This document shows positions 51,546-64,000 of a DNA stretch of 64,000 bases, piece by piece. Below the pieces are notes generated by a model that worked only from the letters and a program-made list of their open reading frames with translations, searched no databases and was not told where the DNA came from. The stretch lies in the NCBI RefSeq assembly GCF_006345805.1, contig NC_043000.1, positions 57,722,001 to 57,786,000 of the forward strand, given 5' to 3'. Source of the stretch: Octopus sinensis (lineage: Eukaryota). Numbering within the stretch: position 1 is the first letter of the stretch; every line of letters begins with the position of its first letter. Position numbers and translations under genes: made by a program.

Positions 51546-51746
51546 CAGTGGTTTTCAACCAGGGTTCCACTAGTACAGTCCAGGGGTTCCGCAAGAAGTT
51601 ACAAAACTGCTAAAATTGTCAGTAATTTTTAATTTTCCTGTGCAGATATGTGTGCATAAGACTATTAAATTATTGCACAGGGGTTCCCCAAGCCAGTGGA
51701 ATGTTTCCTTGGGATTCTGCTCCAGCAAAAAGTTTGAAAAGCACTG
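51546..51746. mobile_element. hAT-family MITE with perfect 8-bp TSD
   Basis: TIRs CAGTGGTTTTCAA / TTGAAAAGCACTG; TSD GTTTATAG at 51538-51545 and 51747-51754. Confidence 0.9.
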
Positions 51747-51929
51747 GTTTATAGAATATCACTAAGTTCAATAGCTACAGTCAAACTAACAACACTGTCA
51801 CATTTTTTTTATATAATAGCAACTGAATTTACCAATATTCTACAAACACCTCAACAACAACAACAACTGCAGCAGCAGAAGTAGCAACAAAAATTTTAGG
51901 GCCATTTTCCCTGCCAAAGTAGTGGTTAG

Positions 51930-52130
51930 CTTTGTGGTATCCATGACAGGGTCTCCATTTTGCCTTATCCTCTACAACCCACCTTGCCAACCCCTTCACC
52001 CTCACAATCTTCTCTGTCCATTTTATCCATGTATTTCTAAGTCTTCTTGTTCCACTCCTCTCCTTCCATCCACACCCATTTCCATTGCTCATCTCACCCA
52101 ATTGCATTGATCCTTCCTCACCACATGACC
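51930..52130 (-). mobile_element. Decayed RTE LINE 3' fragment
   Basis: GWKERSGTRRLRNTWIKW...EDKAKWR resembles the RTE C-terminal GxRxRGRPxxxW...DRxxWR. Confidence 0.45.
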
Positions 52131-53444
52131 CACACAATTCATTCCATTTCTCTTCATAGCTGTTCATTCCATTCTCTCCTGCTATTTTCATTATCCTCTG
52201 CATTTCACTGTTTGTCTTATCTTCATGATATGAAGTTAAATCTAAGGCAACAAACATGCTTTCCTCCCAGACTCATCACAGTCATGGGGTTATTTATGAA
52301 TGATATAAAAGAGTTCTGTCTGTCAAGCTAGTGGGCTTAAAGGAAGATTCTGGATGCTTGTAATGATGTGAAATAATAGTTCCAAATTTGAGAGAGAGAG
52401 GGGGGAGGGAGAGAGGGAAAGAAAGAGGATAGCAAGGAGAGAGAAGAAGAGAGAAGAGAAGAGAGAGAGCAGATTAGTAGGTTAAATAACAAGAAATCAA
52501 AAATTCAATACAAGTTTCTTGAGGGTGGTGAGCCTCCTAAGCTCATAGATATATAAAACTATTGAGTTGTATTTTCCAATTTATGTAATAAACTATTTGA
52601 TTTCACTTTTAATGCAAATATAACAACTTATTTTTATATTACAACTTACTCTTAACTTCCCAATAAACAACTAAGTGGGAATGTTATACAGTACAATAAA
52701 GTCAGTGATGTGTGGCTGTGTGTATGTGCATGTGTCTATGAGAGAGAGAGAGAGAGTGTGTGGTTAGCAATGGCAGGTAGGTGTTTATGTGTGGGTGGGT
52801 GTATGTGTATGCATGTAGAATTTTGGTTAAAAGTATGTGTAATCTTGAGATAGGACTGAAATGAAAAAGTTCTATAACTCATTGTGAGCCATCACTTAAG
52901 AACCTCTTTATCCAAAAGTAATGCGTTAAGAACAAAGTCAATCTGGAAGAGCCAATCTCTACTCTCCAAGTTATTGGTTATTGATTATCATATAGTGATT
53001 ATTATTATAAACCACAGGCCTCAACATAGGTGCTTGATTTGTTAGAAATAGTAGCTGAAAATTTTCTCAAATCTCAGCATATCATCTAAAAGAAAGAAAA
53101 AAAAGAGGGCTCATTGGATAATCTGCACATACTGTTTAAATAAGATGGAATGGTTATGCAGGAATGTCACTGATCAGAGGTCTGTTCAATCAAAATTGAT
53201 CCAGGACTAAACCAGTAACACCAAACACCAAACACATAAATGAAGTGAAATGACTCTGTCAGGAATATAATCCATGTCTGAAGAATATAATCCATGTCTC
53301 AGATTGCAAGGAGATTATCATCATCTTCATGGTAGGAATTAAATAAACAGCTTATAGATAATTTATTATTTAGAAAACTGCTTTGTAGTCAATGTGAGCC
53401 ATAATCTGTAGAGTTCTGATGCCTTGCACTTACCTATATTTTTT

Positions 53445-53820
53445 TTACTTTAGTTATTGGACTGAGGGCATGCTGGGGTTTAGTTGAATAAATTGATCCA
53501 AGTACTTATTTTTAAGCCTGGCACTTATTCTATTGGTCTCTTCTGCTGAACTGCTAAGTTATAGGGATGTAAACAAACAAACAGCAGTTGTCAAGTGATG
53601 GTAGTGGGTGACAAACATAACATAAATACAGACACACACACATAAAGGGCTTCTTTCAGTTTCCATGTACTAAATCCACTCACAAGGTTTTGGTTAGCCT
53701 GGGTCTATAGTAGAAGACACTTTCCCAAGGTTCCACTCAGTGGGACTGAACCCAAGACCAACACCATGGCTGTGTGGTTAGAAACAAGCTTCTCAACCAC
53801 CATAAGCCATGCCTGCACCT
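53445..53820 (-). mobile_element. CORE-like SINE, near full length
   Basis: Reverse complement of the 39947-40348 family. Confidence 0.82.
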
Positions 53821-55339
53821 ATGGTGAATGAAACTAGGTTGTTGATAAACAGAGTCAACAATTTCCAGATAACATGCAATGAAATAAGCTAGAAGCATCC
53901 TTCATGATTCACTGATGTTTAAAATGAAGAGATCTCTCTCCACACAGTACAGCCACTCTTCAGAAGAGCTAAGTGATGTTTTGATAAGGCCTCATTTAGA
54001 GATCTGTTGTCAGACATAAAAATTCTTTTGATTGTACAATTACCTAACACCCAACATCAAATGATATTGATTATAATCCAGACAGAGAAACTATTCTCCA
54101 AAGATTAAGAGGGTATTATCACTAAACTAAGGTAGATACAGTGATAGAAAATATGTATCTTGTTTCTTCATTCTAGATTATATTTCAATATAACAGAGTT
54201 ATATCAATGAAAAGATAAAAATAATTAATAAATGTAACTGAGTTGAACTATTTCTCCATGATTTCAAACCAGTTGTACAATTACATTGTCTTCTGCAAAC
54301 ATTTATAGAATTTTCCTTATGTATTAATATTAATACATTTATAGTGATAATTCAGTTGCTGTAAGGTGAAGCTGCTGTACTTTTGACTTTAAGATCATGA
54401 GTTCAAACCTTATGACTACAACATTTGTAATTATGAGATTTGTCACTAAGTAAGTGCACAAACTCCAATTTGTTTGGCTGATATAAAATCTTTAAAAGCT
54501 GAGATTTTTTACAATGATAAAAAATAATTCTTCACATGAATTCTGTAAGTTCAGTCTGCAAGTAAAACAGTTACTAAAATATGTAAGACTTTTCAAAACT
54601 CCTGTAAGTGACTCTCACAAATTGTCTGTCTAAATCTCAATGAATGGCAATGGTTACTTTTCTTCAGTTTCATATTCCTTTACAGAGTTTCAAAGAATGA
54701 AAAACAACAATCACAGCTGTAAGAATATGGATCTTTATAGAGAGAAAAAGATATGGTTACACACACGTGGGTGGTAGATATCAGCCATCATCTAATTCAA
54801 TACTGTCACTGATCCTTGGGGGCCTTCAGCAGAGACCACCCTGTTGTAAACATTTGAGCCATGTTACCAAGCTGAGGATGGTTGTGTTGCTCACTACATA
54901 AGCCATACATTTTCCTCCCACTAGTCTCAGAATTCATGTAATAGGGTCATGGGTGCAGCCCTTCTCTGATTAAACCATAGAGAAAAACAAAGAAAAAAAA
55001 GGTATTAATTTCTGCAATCACTACAGTCACTAAGTGTAGTATGTGTATGTTGTTTAACTTTTGATCAGTTCTTGACCCAGTGACAGATCTACAATATTGA
55101 GGCTCTGAAACTTAAAATGTTATAGGGGCCCCCTTTACAACCAGCAACAGTAGGGTAACATCCAACAAGAGTCAAAAAGTTTTCGTGCCTTTGCAAGGTA
55201 CTTCAGCTTGAGGCCCTGATAGCTCAAATGGTGGAGTTGTGATTTGGAGTCCTTAAAAATGAGTCTGAAAGTGAATTTTAGAGTTATGGGAGTTGAAAAT
55301 TAGGGAAGTGTTATATACATGCATGATGCATCATTAAGA

Positions 55340-57880
55340 TACATATGAAAATTACAAAATACTCTTTTTTCTGTTTTCTTTGTAGCAACAATTATATGAC
55401 AGCTTCCTTGCAATGTCATTTTCTAGAGACAATATGCATAAGGAATTTCAGCGCTCTTCAGTCATGGAATTCATTCTTTACAAAGGAAAGCTTTGAGGAA
55501 CTCCTTTCTGCTTGATAGCTCATGATAGGTATTGTCAAGTACAGCTTATGTGCAGTGGTAATATTCGGGGACACTTCAATTAATTGTTGCTCATAAATAA
55601 GCTGAAGAACTTCTGTGCATTGCATTTTAGATGGTGTGTTTTCTTCTGTGTTTTAGGATTTCCTAAGGTGTAAATAAGCTTTGAACTGATAACACTCATT
55701 TATTAATTTGTGGTCAATATCGTCTTTGTAATGCGATATTGTAAGCTTGATACTGTTCTCATCAAATTCTGAATTGTTCATCAATTCTGAGAGAAACTTG
55801 AACCATTTCGCAATCTGCTCATATGGGTCTATCCTCTTGCTTACCTGGATTATCGAGCAGTCAAGAACTTGATTTAGAACTTCTATCCTAAATTGTTCAG
55901 CCCCTTTCAAAGAAGCTGTATCACTTGATCCATCTGAATATTTCTTTGTAACAATGCGTTTGGAAACATAAAAATTATTTGAGGTGATATATTCACTTAA
56001 ACATTTTGCTACTGATTCATAGTGTGCAATCCTGTCGGCTGAATTTTCTTGCAGCTCTTTAACAAACAAAAGCAAAGATGCTAGCAGAAGGTAACCTTCA
56101 AATATATCAGAACCAGGGGTTTGGAGTTTCTTACTCCAAAACTTCTTCCCAAACAACTGCTAAAACAGCATATTCCAATTTTACCAACTTGTAGTATAAA
56201 TTCTTTGCATCTCTGTTACATTCAGGCTTCTCTTCTGAGTCTTCAGACATACATTTGATAGTTTGTAAAATATCCCTATATCCAGTTTTAATTGCTTGGA
56301 CTGCTTCACAGTGTACAGATCATCTAGTTACACTTAAGCTCTTTAGTGAAAAGGCTAGTATGCCCTGTGTGTTCACAATCCCCCATCTTTGAGGAGATTC
56401 AAGAAAACATACAGCTGCTGCTAGATGCCAAAATAGTCAACAACTTCAGGTACAGAAGATGCTGCCTTTTACCAAGCAAGGTTGAGCGAATGGCTTGCAC
56501 ATGGTACATAGTCTTCATACCTGTTAATGGTTTTAAGAAGTGCTTGCAGCTCTTTCTCCAAATCCTTCATGTTGGAAGCATTATCATATAACTGACCATG
56601 GATATTTTCGAGTGAAAGCTTATGCTCCCCCAGAGATTGTTATTTTGTTGAGCAAGGTCATAGATGAATGTTTTTCTTTTGGCAAAAATGCTAAAAATCC
56701 TTCACAGGGTTTTCCGTTATAACAGTATCAAACCACAATTACCAGCTGGTCAACACGTGTTATGTCAGGTGTAGAGTCAACAATAATTGAGTAGTGTTTG
56801 ATGTCTAGATTGTTGATCTGATTCACCACTTCATCTTTCACATGTTTTCCCACGATTTCCATCAATTCTTCATGCACAGATTTGGATAGGTAAGTAATAT
56901 TTACTTTTCCATTTCTCTAAATGTTTATGTAAAAATGGCATGGCTGTGTGGTTAGGGAGCTTGCTTCCTAGCTACATGGTTTCGGGTTCAGTCCCACTGC
57001 GTGGCACTTTGGGTATGTGTCTTCCACTATAGCCCCGAGCCGACCGGAGCTTTGTGATTGAATTCGGTAGGTGGAAGTTACTGCCATGTGTGTATGTGTG
57101 CGTATAGCTGCTCAGTGCCTCTCCGAAAGAGAGAGAGGGGGGTCAAACTTCGCAATAGGCTCAATGGCCCTCATGAAATTTCCATTGCTTGGGGAGCCCA
57201 ACTTTTTCTCATGACCTCAAAGTGCTAAACCTCTTTCATTTAAAAACTTTAAACTGCTACAACTCTTTTTAGTACTTCAAAATAGTACTGCATGTTTTTT
57301 CTCAACTGTTCTTCAAATTGCTGATCCACAGTGGTTTTATTTGACTTTTGTGTTAGCCAGCTCAGCATCACCCTGTTATTTTTCATGCTGTCTTCATGAT
57401 TTTCTAGAGTTCTGAGTATATTCATCCAATCAGAAAACCCACCTGTTGTAAGTGATATTTGGCAGTTAGAAAAGAGTTTGCTCTCTGAGTAAATTAACCA
57501 GGATCTCATCATAGTCTGACCAATTTTCAATCTTTTTTTCAAATACTTGTTTGAGACACTTCAATTTTGCTGTTTGTAAATCTTGTTGGACTCAGTATAT
57601 GCATTATCTGGTTTTTTATTTTGCAAAAAAAAAAAAAAAAATGATGTCTTGCATTAAGCAGTTTTGTATGATCTCATTATCAATTGTTACGGGCCAGTTT
57701 ATTAGGTCACTGTTTCCTTTTTCTGCTCTCTCTTTCCTAGAAGTTCTTGACCACTGTGATCATCATCTGCATCAAAAGTGTCAAAAAAAGAATTTGTCAA
57801 CTTCTTCAAATTCCAGCAAAACAAACATTTTTGCAAGATATGAATACTTTTTTCAGTAGCTAAAGCACTTCTTGCATAAA
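55340..57880 (-). mobile_element. Decayed hAT transposase (ZMYM1-like), interrupted by a SINE
   Basis: Fragments GFSDWMNILRTLENHE, EVLKRVVAV, HYSIIVDSTPDITRVDQL, FRIEVLNQVLD, and hATC-like PNITTAHKLYLTIPIMSYQAERSSSKL; many stops and frameshifts. Confidence 0.88.
56937..57100 (+). mobile_element. CORE-like SINE head nested in the hAT transposase
   Basis: GGCATGGCTGTGTGG...GGTTCAGTCCCACTGCGTGGCAC. Confidence 0.85.
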
Positions 57881-58019
57881 AGACACAAGCTTTTGGTAAA
57901 ATATGATGTTAATATAACTACTTAATAATTTTCTTTTGAAGTGTTTTAATAACTTTGGTATCTTTGAAAAACTTGTATAACATGACATGTTCCCCCTTTG
58001 ATTATCCAGCAGGGTTTCT

Positions 58020-59255
58020 TTGAATGCTGTTCAGAGTAACCCCAATCACTGTTTCTGACAGTAAGCAAGCTGCTACCACCCAATTCCACACAGGTGCTTC
58101 AACTGCTTGATGTAGCATTCTATGGGCCTCTTAAAAAAAATTTGGAGAAAAGTCTTAAATGATTGGAAGGCTTATGGCAAGAAGAACTCAAAGGTATTAA
58201 CTAAAGATGCTTTTCCTGCTCTGCTCACACACCTGCATGCTGCTCTCTTTCCTGACAGTGTCACTCACAGCAAGAATCTGGAAAGTGGATTCATGAAATA
58301 TGGAATTCACCCTTTTCATCCACACAAAGTTTTGGATCAGCTACCAGACCATGAAGTGAGCAAAGAAGAAGATGAAGTCATCAATGTAAGAGTTTCAGAT
58401 GTTGTGTTGGGAATGCTAAAGTCAATGAGAGGAGTGAATGAGAGCAGACCAAAGAAGAGACAAAATAAGTTGAATGTTACCCCTGACAGAAGTATAAATG
58501 CTGAGGACATCGGTGCTTCTGGCAGTGAAATGATGGCCACCAGTTCATCAACAGTTATAGAAAAGCATGGAGAAAGAGAGCAGCAAGAGAATTTGCATGA
58601 TGAAGAGCTAAACTCTGTGGATAGTGATGTTTCTATGAATGAGAATGTGACAGGCACTCCAGTACTTCAGACATGGCAAGAGCAGAAAACACAGACAGAC
58701 AAAGTAGTCATTGTGAGGTATGAAAGGCAAACAGTTCCTGGTCAAGTGATCTCAACTGGAAGTGATGAAGAACTTGTGTCATCATTGACAAAATGTGGAA
58801 AGATAGAGTGGAAGTGATTAATGTGTAGATAAATTCATCTATAACTGGGAAGGTGTGGTAGAAATGAAAACAAAAGAGATTCCACTGAACAACAAGGGTT
58901 TCTATCGATTCCCTGACCTTGAACAAGAATGGGGAATATAAAATGTGACTTACTGATAACTGTGTGGCATATTTTTTAGTGCTATGACACTTAAAGCTGT
59001 TCATTGACTTTACTTTTGTATTTATTAATAAAAAACATTACTGTTCAAAGTAACCCCAAATCAGGAGTTACTTTGAACAGCAACAATTATATAAAAAAAA
59101 GAATCAAATATTGACTGCAACTTATTTTTATTTCATATATCAGTTTGCCTATTTAGTCTCCCTAACGTAGTGAAATTTAGTTAAGATTGAAAAAAAGGTT
59201 ATGAAATTATTGTAATAAGAAGTTTAAAACTGATCAAAGTAACACCATTTCATGG
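58020..59255 (+). mobile_element. pogo/DDE_1-type DNA transposon, 3' part with terminal repeat
   Basis: THRCFN/LQLLDVAFYG.LKKIWR, LTKDAFPALL, NLESGFMKYGIHPF. Motif CTG(T/A)TCAAAGTAAC(C/A)CC at 58028, 59041, inverted at about 59064-59080, and terminal at 59230-59255 followed by TA. Confidence 0.8.
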
Positions 59256-60404
59256 TAGTACTAGTTGAAATGGGAAGGTTTGGTAACCTTCCAAAAATAG
59301 TGTAACTGCATCACTTCTGTTAATTCCTCAACAAAAACAATCCGAAAGAAGCATTTTAAATGCAGATAATCTGCCTCAAGACGACTGACATCAATAGAAA
59401 GGGGAAATAATTCTGATCAAATTCCAGACATATTTTGGAAATAACTATATATGCTATAAAAATGAACATATAAGAGTGATAGAGATTAATAAACATAAAA
59501 AGAAAGGGTAATTTATCAAAAAAGTTAGAATGATTAATACATTGTGATAATTAGAGTTTATTGTAATAGGAATTCTTTAACACAACAATGCATTTAATTG
59601 AATCATTGTCATATAAGTGAGCAGTAGTTAATTTTTGGGACTAATTTCAAAATCGATTTGTTATACTAGTTGTTCAATAACCACCTTATTGATTATATCC
59701 TTCATTTCATCTTGCCGATTCCACGGAAACAAAGTTGAACCAATGAAAACCTTATTGATTAAATTTTCTAGATATTTTTATTGCAACAATTTAACATGAA
59801 ACAAGTCAACCAATAATCTTCTTTTCATTTATTTGTCTATTCATTTTTTTTTATAGAAATTCTTAATACCTTATTTTATCTCAATCCATACCAGTGGCAA
59901 AATCCATATTCAATTTAAATGAAATAAGAAACAGAAGGACAATTGCCACTAGCCATGCAACAAAGTGAAAGATGGAGTGGTATATGTCTGTCTTGGAGTA
60001 GAATGATAGTAAAACAGAACAAGAAAAAAAAAAAGCAGGAAGAAACTTAGGTAGATCCATGACCAGATGTCTAGAACTATCTCTGTCATTTACATACTAA
60101 GTTGTAAACCTGGCTAATATTTAGCTATTATTCAGCCAGTTCATCGTTTAATATCACTGTGCTTAACTAGTAGTTCAAACAAATTGCATACTGCTTTTAT
60201 TGATTAGTTCCTGCTCTCAACTCAGTTGGATGGAGTATAACTGCCTACTCACATACATTTCACCTTTCATTCCATCCATCCATCTATCTATCCATTCTCT
60301 CTTCTTTCATTCTCCATTTATTTTTCTTCTGTTGTCATCTATTTCTTTTCCTCGTTGTTTTTTCTTGTATCATACAATTTCTATATATCAAAAAATACAC
60401 TCTT

Positions 60405-60439
<35 letters not shown>

Positions 60440-62549
60440 GTGTATTAGTTTCACATCATCAAATACTTTTCTTCCTTCCTTCCTTCAACACATATCTATT
60501 TAACTACTCATTCCGTCTTAACATTTACTTTCACATTGCATCTCTCTCTTTCCCACCCATTTCATTTCTCACTCTTCTTCATTATGACACTCCCACATTT
60601 TGTTCATGCTGATTTTTCTCTAGCATTCATATTTATATACTTCCATTGGTTTCATAGAAGAAAATATTAAATGAAATATATAACCCTGACCCAATCAACA
60701 TCAATAATAATTTTTCACTTCATTTTATCGCACAGACCATTTTACATATATTGATTAATTTCTTTTGTAGCCTTCTACTTCCACTTGTCATTCTCAACTC
60801 TGTTAACAGAATATCTTGTTGCTACTGCTGTTGCAACTGTTGCTGTTTGATGTTGTTATTGTTGTTATCATCTCTTCTATCTTTGCCTACAACACAACAC
60901 GACATGTCTCATCACAGTTATTGCAAGTTCTCGGTAACTTCCTCTCTTAATCTATTGCTTGTTTCACATGTATATTTTGTAAGACAGTTAGCCACAACAA
61001 TAGATACCGGTTTAGTATGACCCACTTAATGGCTAGCTACAATAGCCTACTTGCCATCTATTTACATAACATGACAAAGGTATGCTGACCAGTTCCATAG
61101 AAAATGAGAATTCGTAAAGGAATATCAATATTCCAACATATGTTGCTTTCTCTTTCTCTTTCGATGAGGTTTTTCTTACCATGTATCCAAGAATATTAGT
61201 GTGCACTTATGTACATCTCATCATACATGCACACACAAATAAAGACACACACACATACATGGATGAGAGAGAAAGAGAGAATTTCTATAAACATACACAC
61301 ATATATACATACATACACATGCATGCATACACACACACACACACACATATAAAGAAATAGATAGACAGATATATAGATAGATAAACAGATAGATAGAGAG
61401 AGAGAAAGAGAAAGAGAAAGTGAATGAGAGAGGTGCTGTTAGTGGTGGAATAAAAAGAAGCTATTTCTAATCCTTTACATATAACATTGATGCTTTTTTC
61501 TTTTCTGTAAATAAATTAAAGAAGCAGTAGAGTTATTAAATAATTATTTTAATAAGATATTAGTTTACATTCAACAATTACTACTCTTATGACTATTGTA
61601 ATAGTCGAAGGATTGACTCATTTGATAGGGACAAGTATAAAATATCAGATTTCTATATGGTGGCAATAATTTTAATTTAATGAGACAAGAAGTAATTTTG
61701 AGCTGATTCTGGCACTGGTTCACATTATACTTTCTTCGTGTTGATTTCATTTTTAATGAATTCCACCTCTCTATGATCATACAATTAACTTTCCAAAGGC
61801 AATATTGTATGTATTTGTTGATAGAAGTGAGAATGTTAACCTTAAAACACAGAGGTTTAAGGTTTTGCTTTTTTATTCTTTTTGCCCAATTTTGTGAATT
61901 TTTTTTTTTTTCACTAATTTAATTATGAGTGGTATCTAACAGCAAATGTCATTAAATTACTTATATTATACATTTAACTTTGCTGTAAAGAAAATTTAGG
62001 TTTTAAAAAAAGAAACAATTATATCAAAGGAAAACTGAAATACTAGTAACCAGACATGTCACTGTTAATTTGGGATTGTAATTTGAAAGGCCATTGTATA
62101 AAGGCTAATTAGAATTTAAATGTTTATAATTCAACTGTCATTGGGGCATCAGATATTGCTTGTAATTATCTTTGTCTCTTCTTAGCTATACCTAAACCAA
62201 TATAAGATTTTTATAAGGAATCAAAATAGCAGTAGTTCAAATCTGGCACAGAAATATGTTAGGATTGCACTGTAACAGGTGGTAAGTGCATTTATGCTCA
62301 AAACTACAGGTATGTCAGGGTCATAAAAGAACAGATCTTGCATGTACTGAATACTTTTGTCATCAGTCTGATAAGTTATCCCCTGGTTGATTACAGTTAT
62401 ATCTCTAACATTATGAATATAAAATACTTTCAAATTTATTACATGTCATAGAGTGATAGGTCATTAGTCACATGTTGTGTAACTCGGAGATACATTTTGT
62501 ATATAAAGAGTTTTGTTATTCAGGGTTTTTATAATTGAAAACTTACCAG

Positions 62550-62966
62550 AGGTGCAGGTATTGCAGTGTGGCAGATGTTTGCTTCCCAACTACATGGTTT
62601 TTGGTTCAGTTCTACTGCATGGCACTTTGGGAAAATGCCGTCTACTATAGCCCTGAGCAAACCAAAGCCTTATGAGTGAATTTTGAAGAATGAATCTCAA
62701 AGAAGCCTGTTGTATATCTAAATGCATGTGTATGTGTATTAGTCTCCTTGTTGTAACTTCATGTGATAGTTGTAATGAATATCAGTGTCATTCAAGTAGT
62801 GTTATTTGTTTTGAATCTTCCATGAAAACATATCTGGTTATGGGGAATAATACCTTACTTGGAAACAGGTGACGGTTGATAACAGAAAGAGTATCTAGCA
62901 ATAGAAAATCTGCCTACCGACTCATGTGAGCATGAAAAAGCGGTTGTTAAATGATGATGATAATGA
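62550..62966 (+). mobile_element. Old CORE-like SINE head joined to an RTE-type tail
   Basis: Head as at 39947; end GTTGTTAAATGATGATGAT as at 8270-8292. Confidence 0.65.
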
Positions 62967-63026
62967 TTTTGATTTTTACTCACGCAAAATATATAATTCT
63001 TTTATTCTATTGAAATCTCAGTTGTA

Positions 63027-64000
63027 CAGGGTGCACCATAAAGAATTCTCAATTATTTAAATAAGCTTATTTTATTAAATTTAGTTAGAAATTGCACCAA
63101 AATAATTAAAATGTGCTCCTTGGCAGTCAATTGTTTATATACACTCCATTGTTTGTTTACATTCGGTGAATAAAATGTTTCAATATGGCAGCTAACAAGT
63201 GAAGTGAGACTGTAGCTCTGAAAAAAACAGGATAGTACCAAATATGTGGCATCAAGAGTTGGTGTTGATACCAAAACAGTCTATAATGCCATGAAACTCT
63301 ACAGTGAGACAGGTTCAATGGACAGCAAGCCTATTCCTGGTCAAAACAATTGGTGGATGTTGTTTGAAAGAGAGTGTTTCAAAATTCACGGTAGAGCATG
63401 TGGAAAATGACTAAAAGTCTTGATATCTTCCAGGCAACCCTGCGATGGGTCATGCAGGAAGACTTAAATTGTAAGCCATTAAAATTGCAATGCTGACACC
63501 TAATTTTTGCTGCTTCCAAAGCAAAGCAACTGAACAGATTCAAAAAAATGGCAGAGGAGATTCAGAGCACCAGTGACAATGTCTTCATCTGGTTGGATGA
63601 AAAGATGTTCACCATGGAGGCTGTAGTGAACACCCAGAATGACAGGATTTTGGCTACAGTTTGATGCTGTTCCCAAAGGTGCCCATAAGGCATTTCACTA
63701 AATGAAACCTACCAGAGTGTTGGTTTGGGCAGCAGTGTCATCCAATGGTGGAAAATCTCCTCTGGTTTGCATTAAAAGGATGGTGGGGGGGGGGAAGAAG
63801 TCAATTCAGCAATTTACAAATACATTTTGGAGAATACTGTTTTGCCATGGGTGACCAAAGCATTTGGAGATAATTATGTATTCACACAAGACGGTGCTCC
63901 TTCTCATACATCCAATGTGATACAGCAGTAGTGCAGGAGCCATTTCAGTGGTTCTGGGGCAAGAATGTGTGGCCCCGCTCCAGCCCAGATATCAACCCTA
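63027..64000 (+). mobile_element. Tc1/mariner transposon, probable DD37D (maT) family, pseudogenised, runs off the window
   Basis: TA|CAGGGTGCACC terminus; FIWLDEKMFT, NTQNDRI, VLVWAAVS, YVFTQDGAPSHTS, WPRSSPDINP motifs with stops and frameshifts. Confidence 0.88.

Noticed and set aside
58122-58817. 231-aa ORF as a host gene
   Set aside because: It is the C-terminal part of a DDE_1 transposase, frameshifted upstream and followed by a transposon end.

Overview
This is AT-rich, microsatellite-dense eukaryotic genomic DNA. The SINE/LINE repertoire suggests an octopus or other coleoid cephalopod (inference). Almost all ORFs in the track are microsatellite or transposon artefacts. One credible host exon is visible on the minus strand (9225-9475, AG...GT bounded); it encodes a cysteine-string N-terminus (CCFCWCC) typical of RZ-family RGS proteins (RGS17/19/20-like). 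The rest is intron or intergenic DNA filled with decayed elements: RTE and CR1-type LINEs, two abundant SINE families, hAT, pogo, DD41D (rosa) and probable DD37D (maT) Tc1/mariner relics, and MITEs with clear target-site duplications. The most notable signal is a set of short elements from at least six sequence-distinct families, mostly inserted in (TA)n tracts. Four are long fold-back palindromes with a one-sided tail, and each carries a minimal type-I hammerhead-ribozyme-like motif, consistent with Penelope-like retroelement pseudo-LTRs. Between families the core 3:8 tertiary pair appears in three Watson-Crick forms: canonical C3:G8, U3:A8 (28417-28454) and G3:C8 (26451-26501). All folds were assigned by eye and no activity has been tested.
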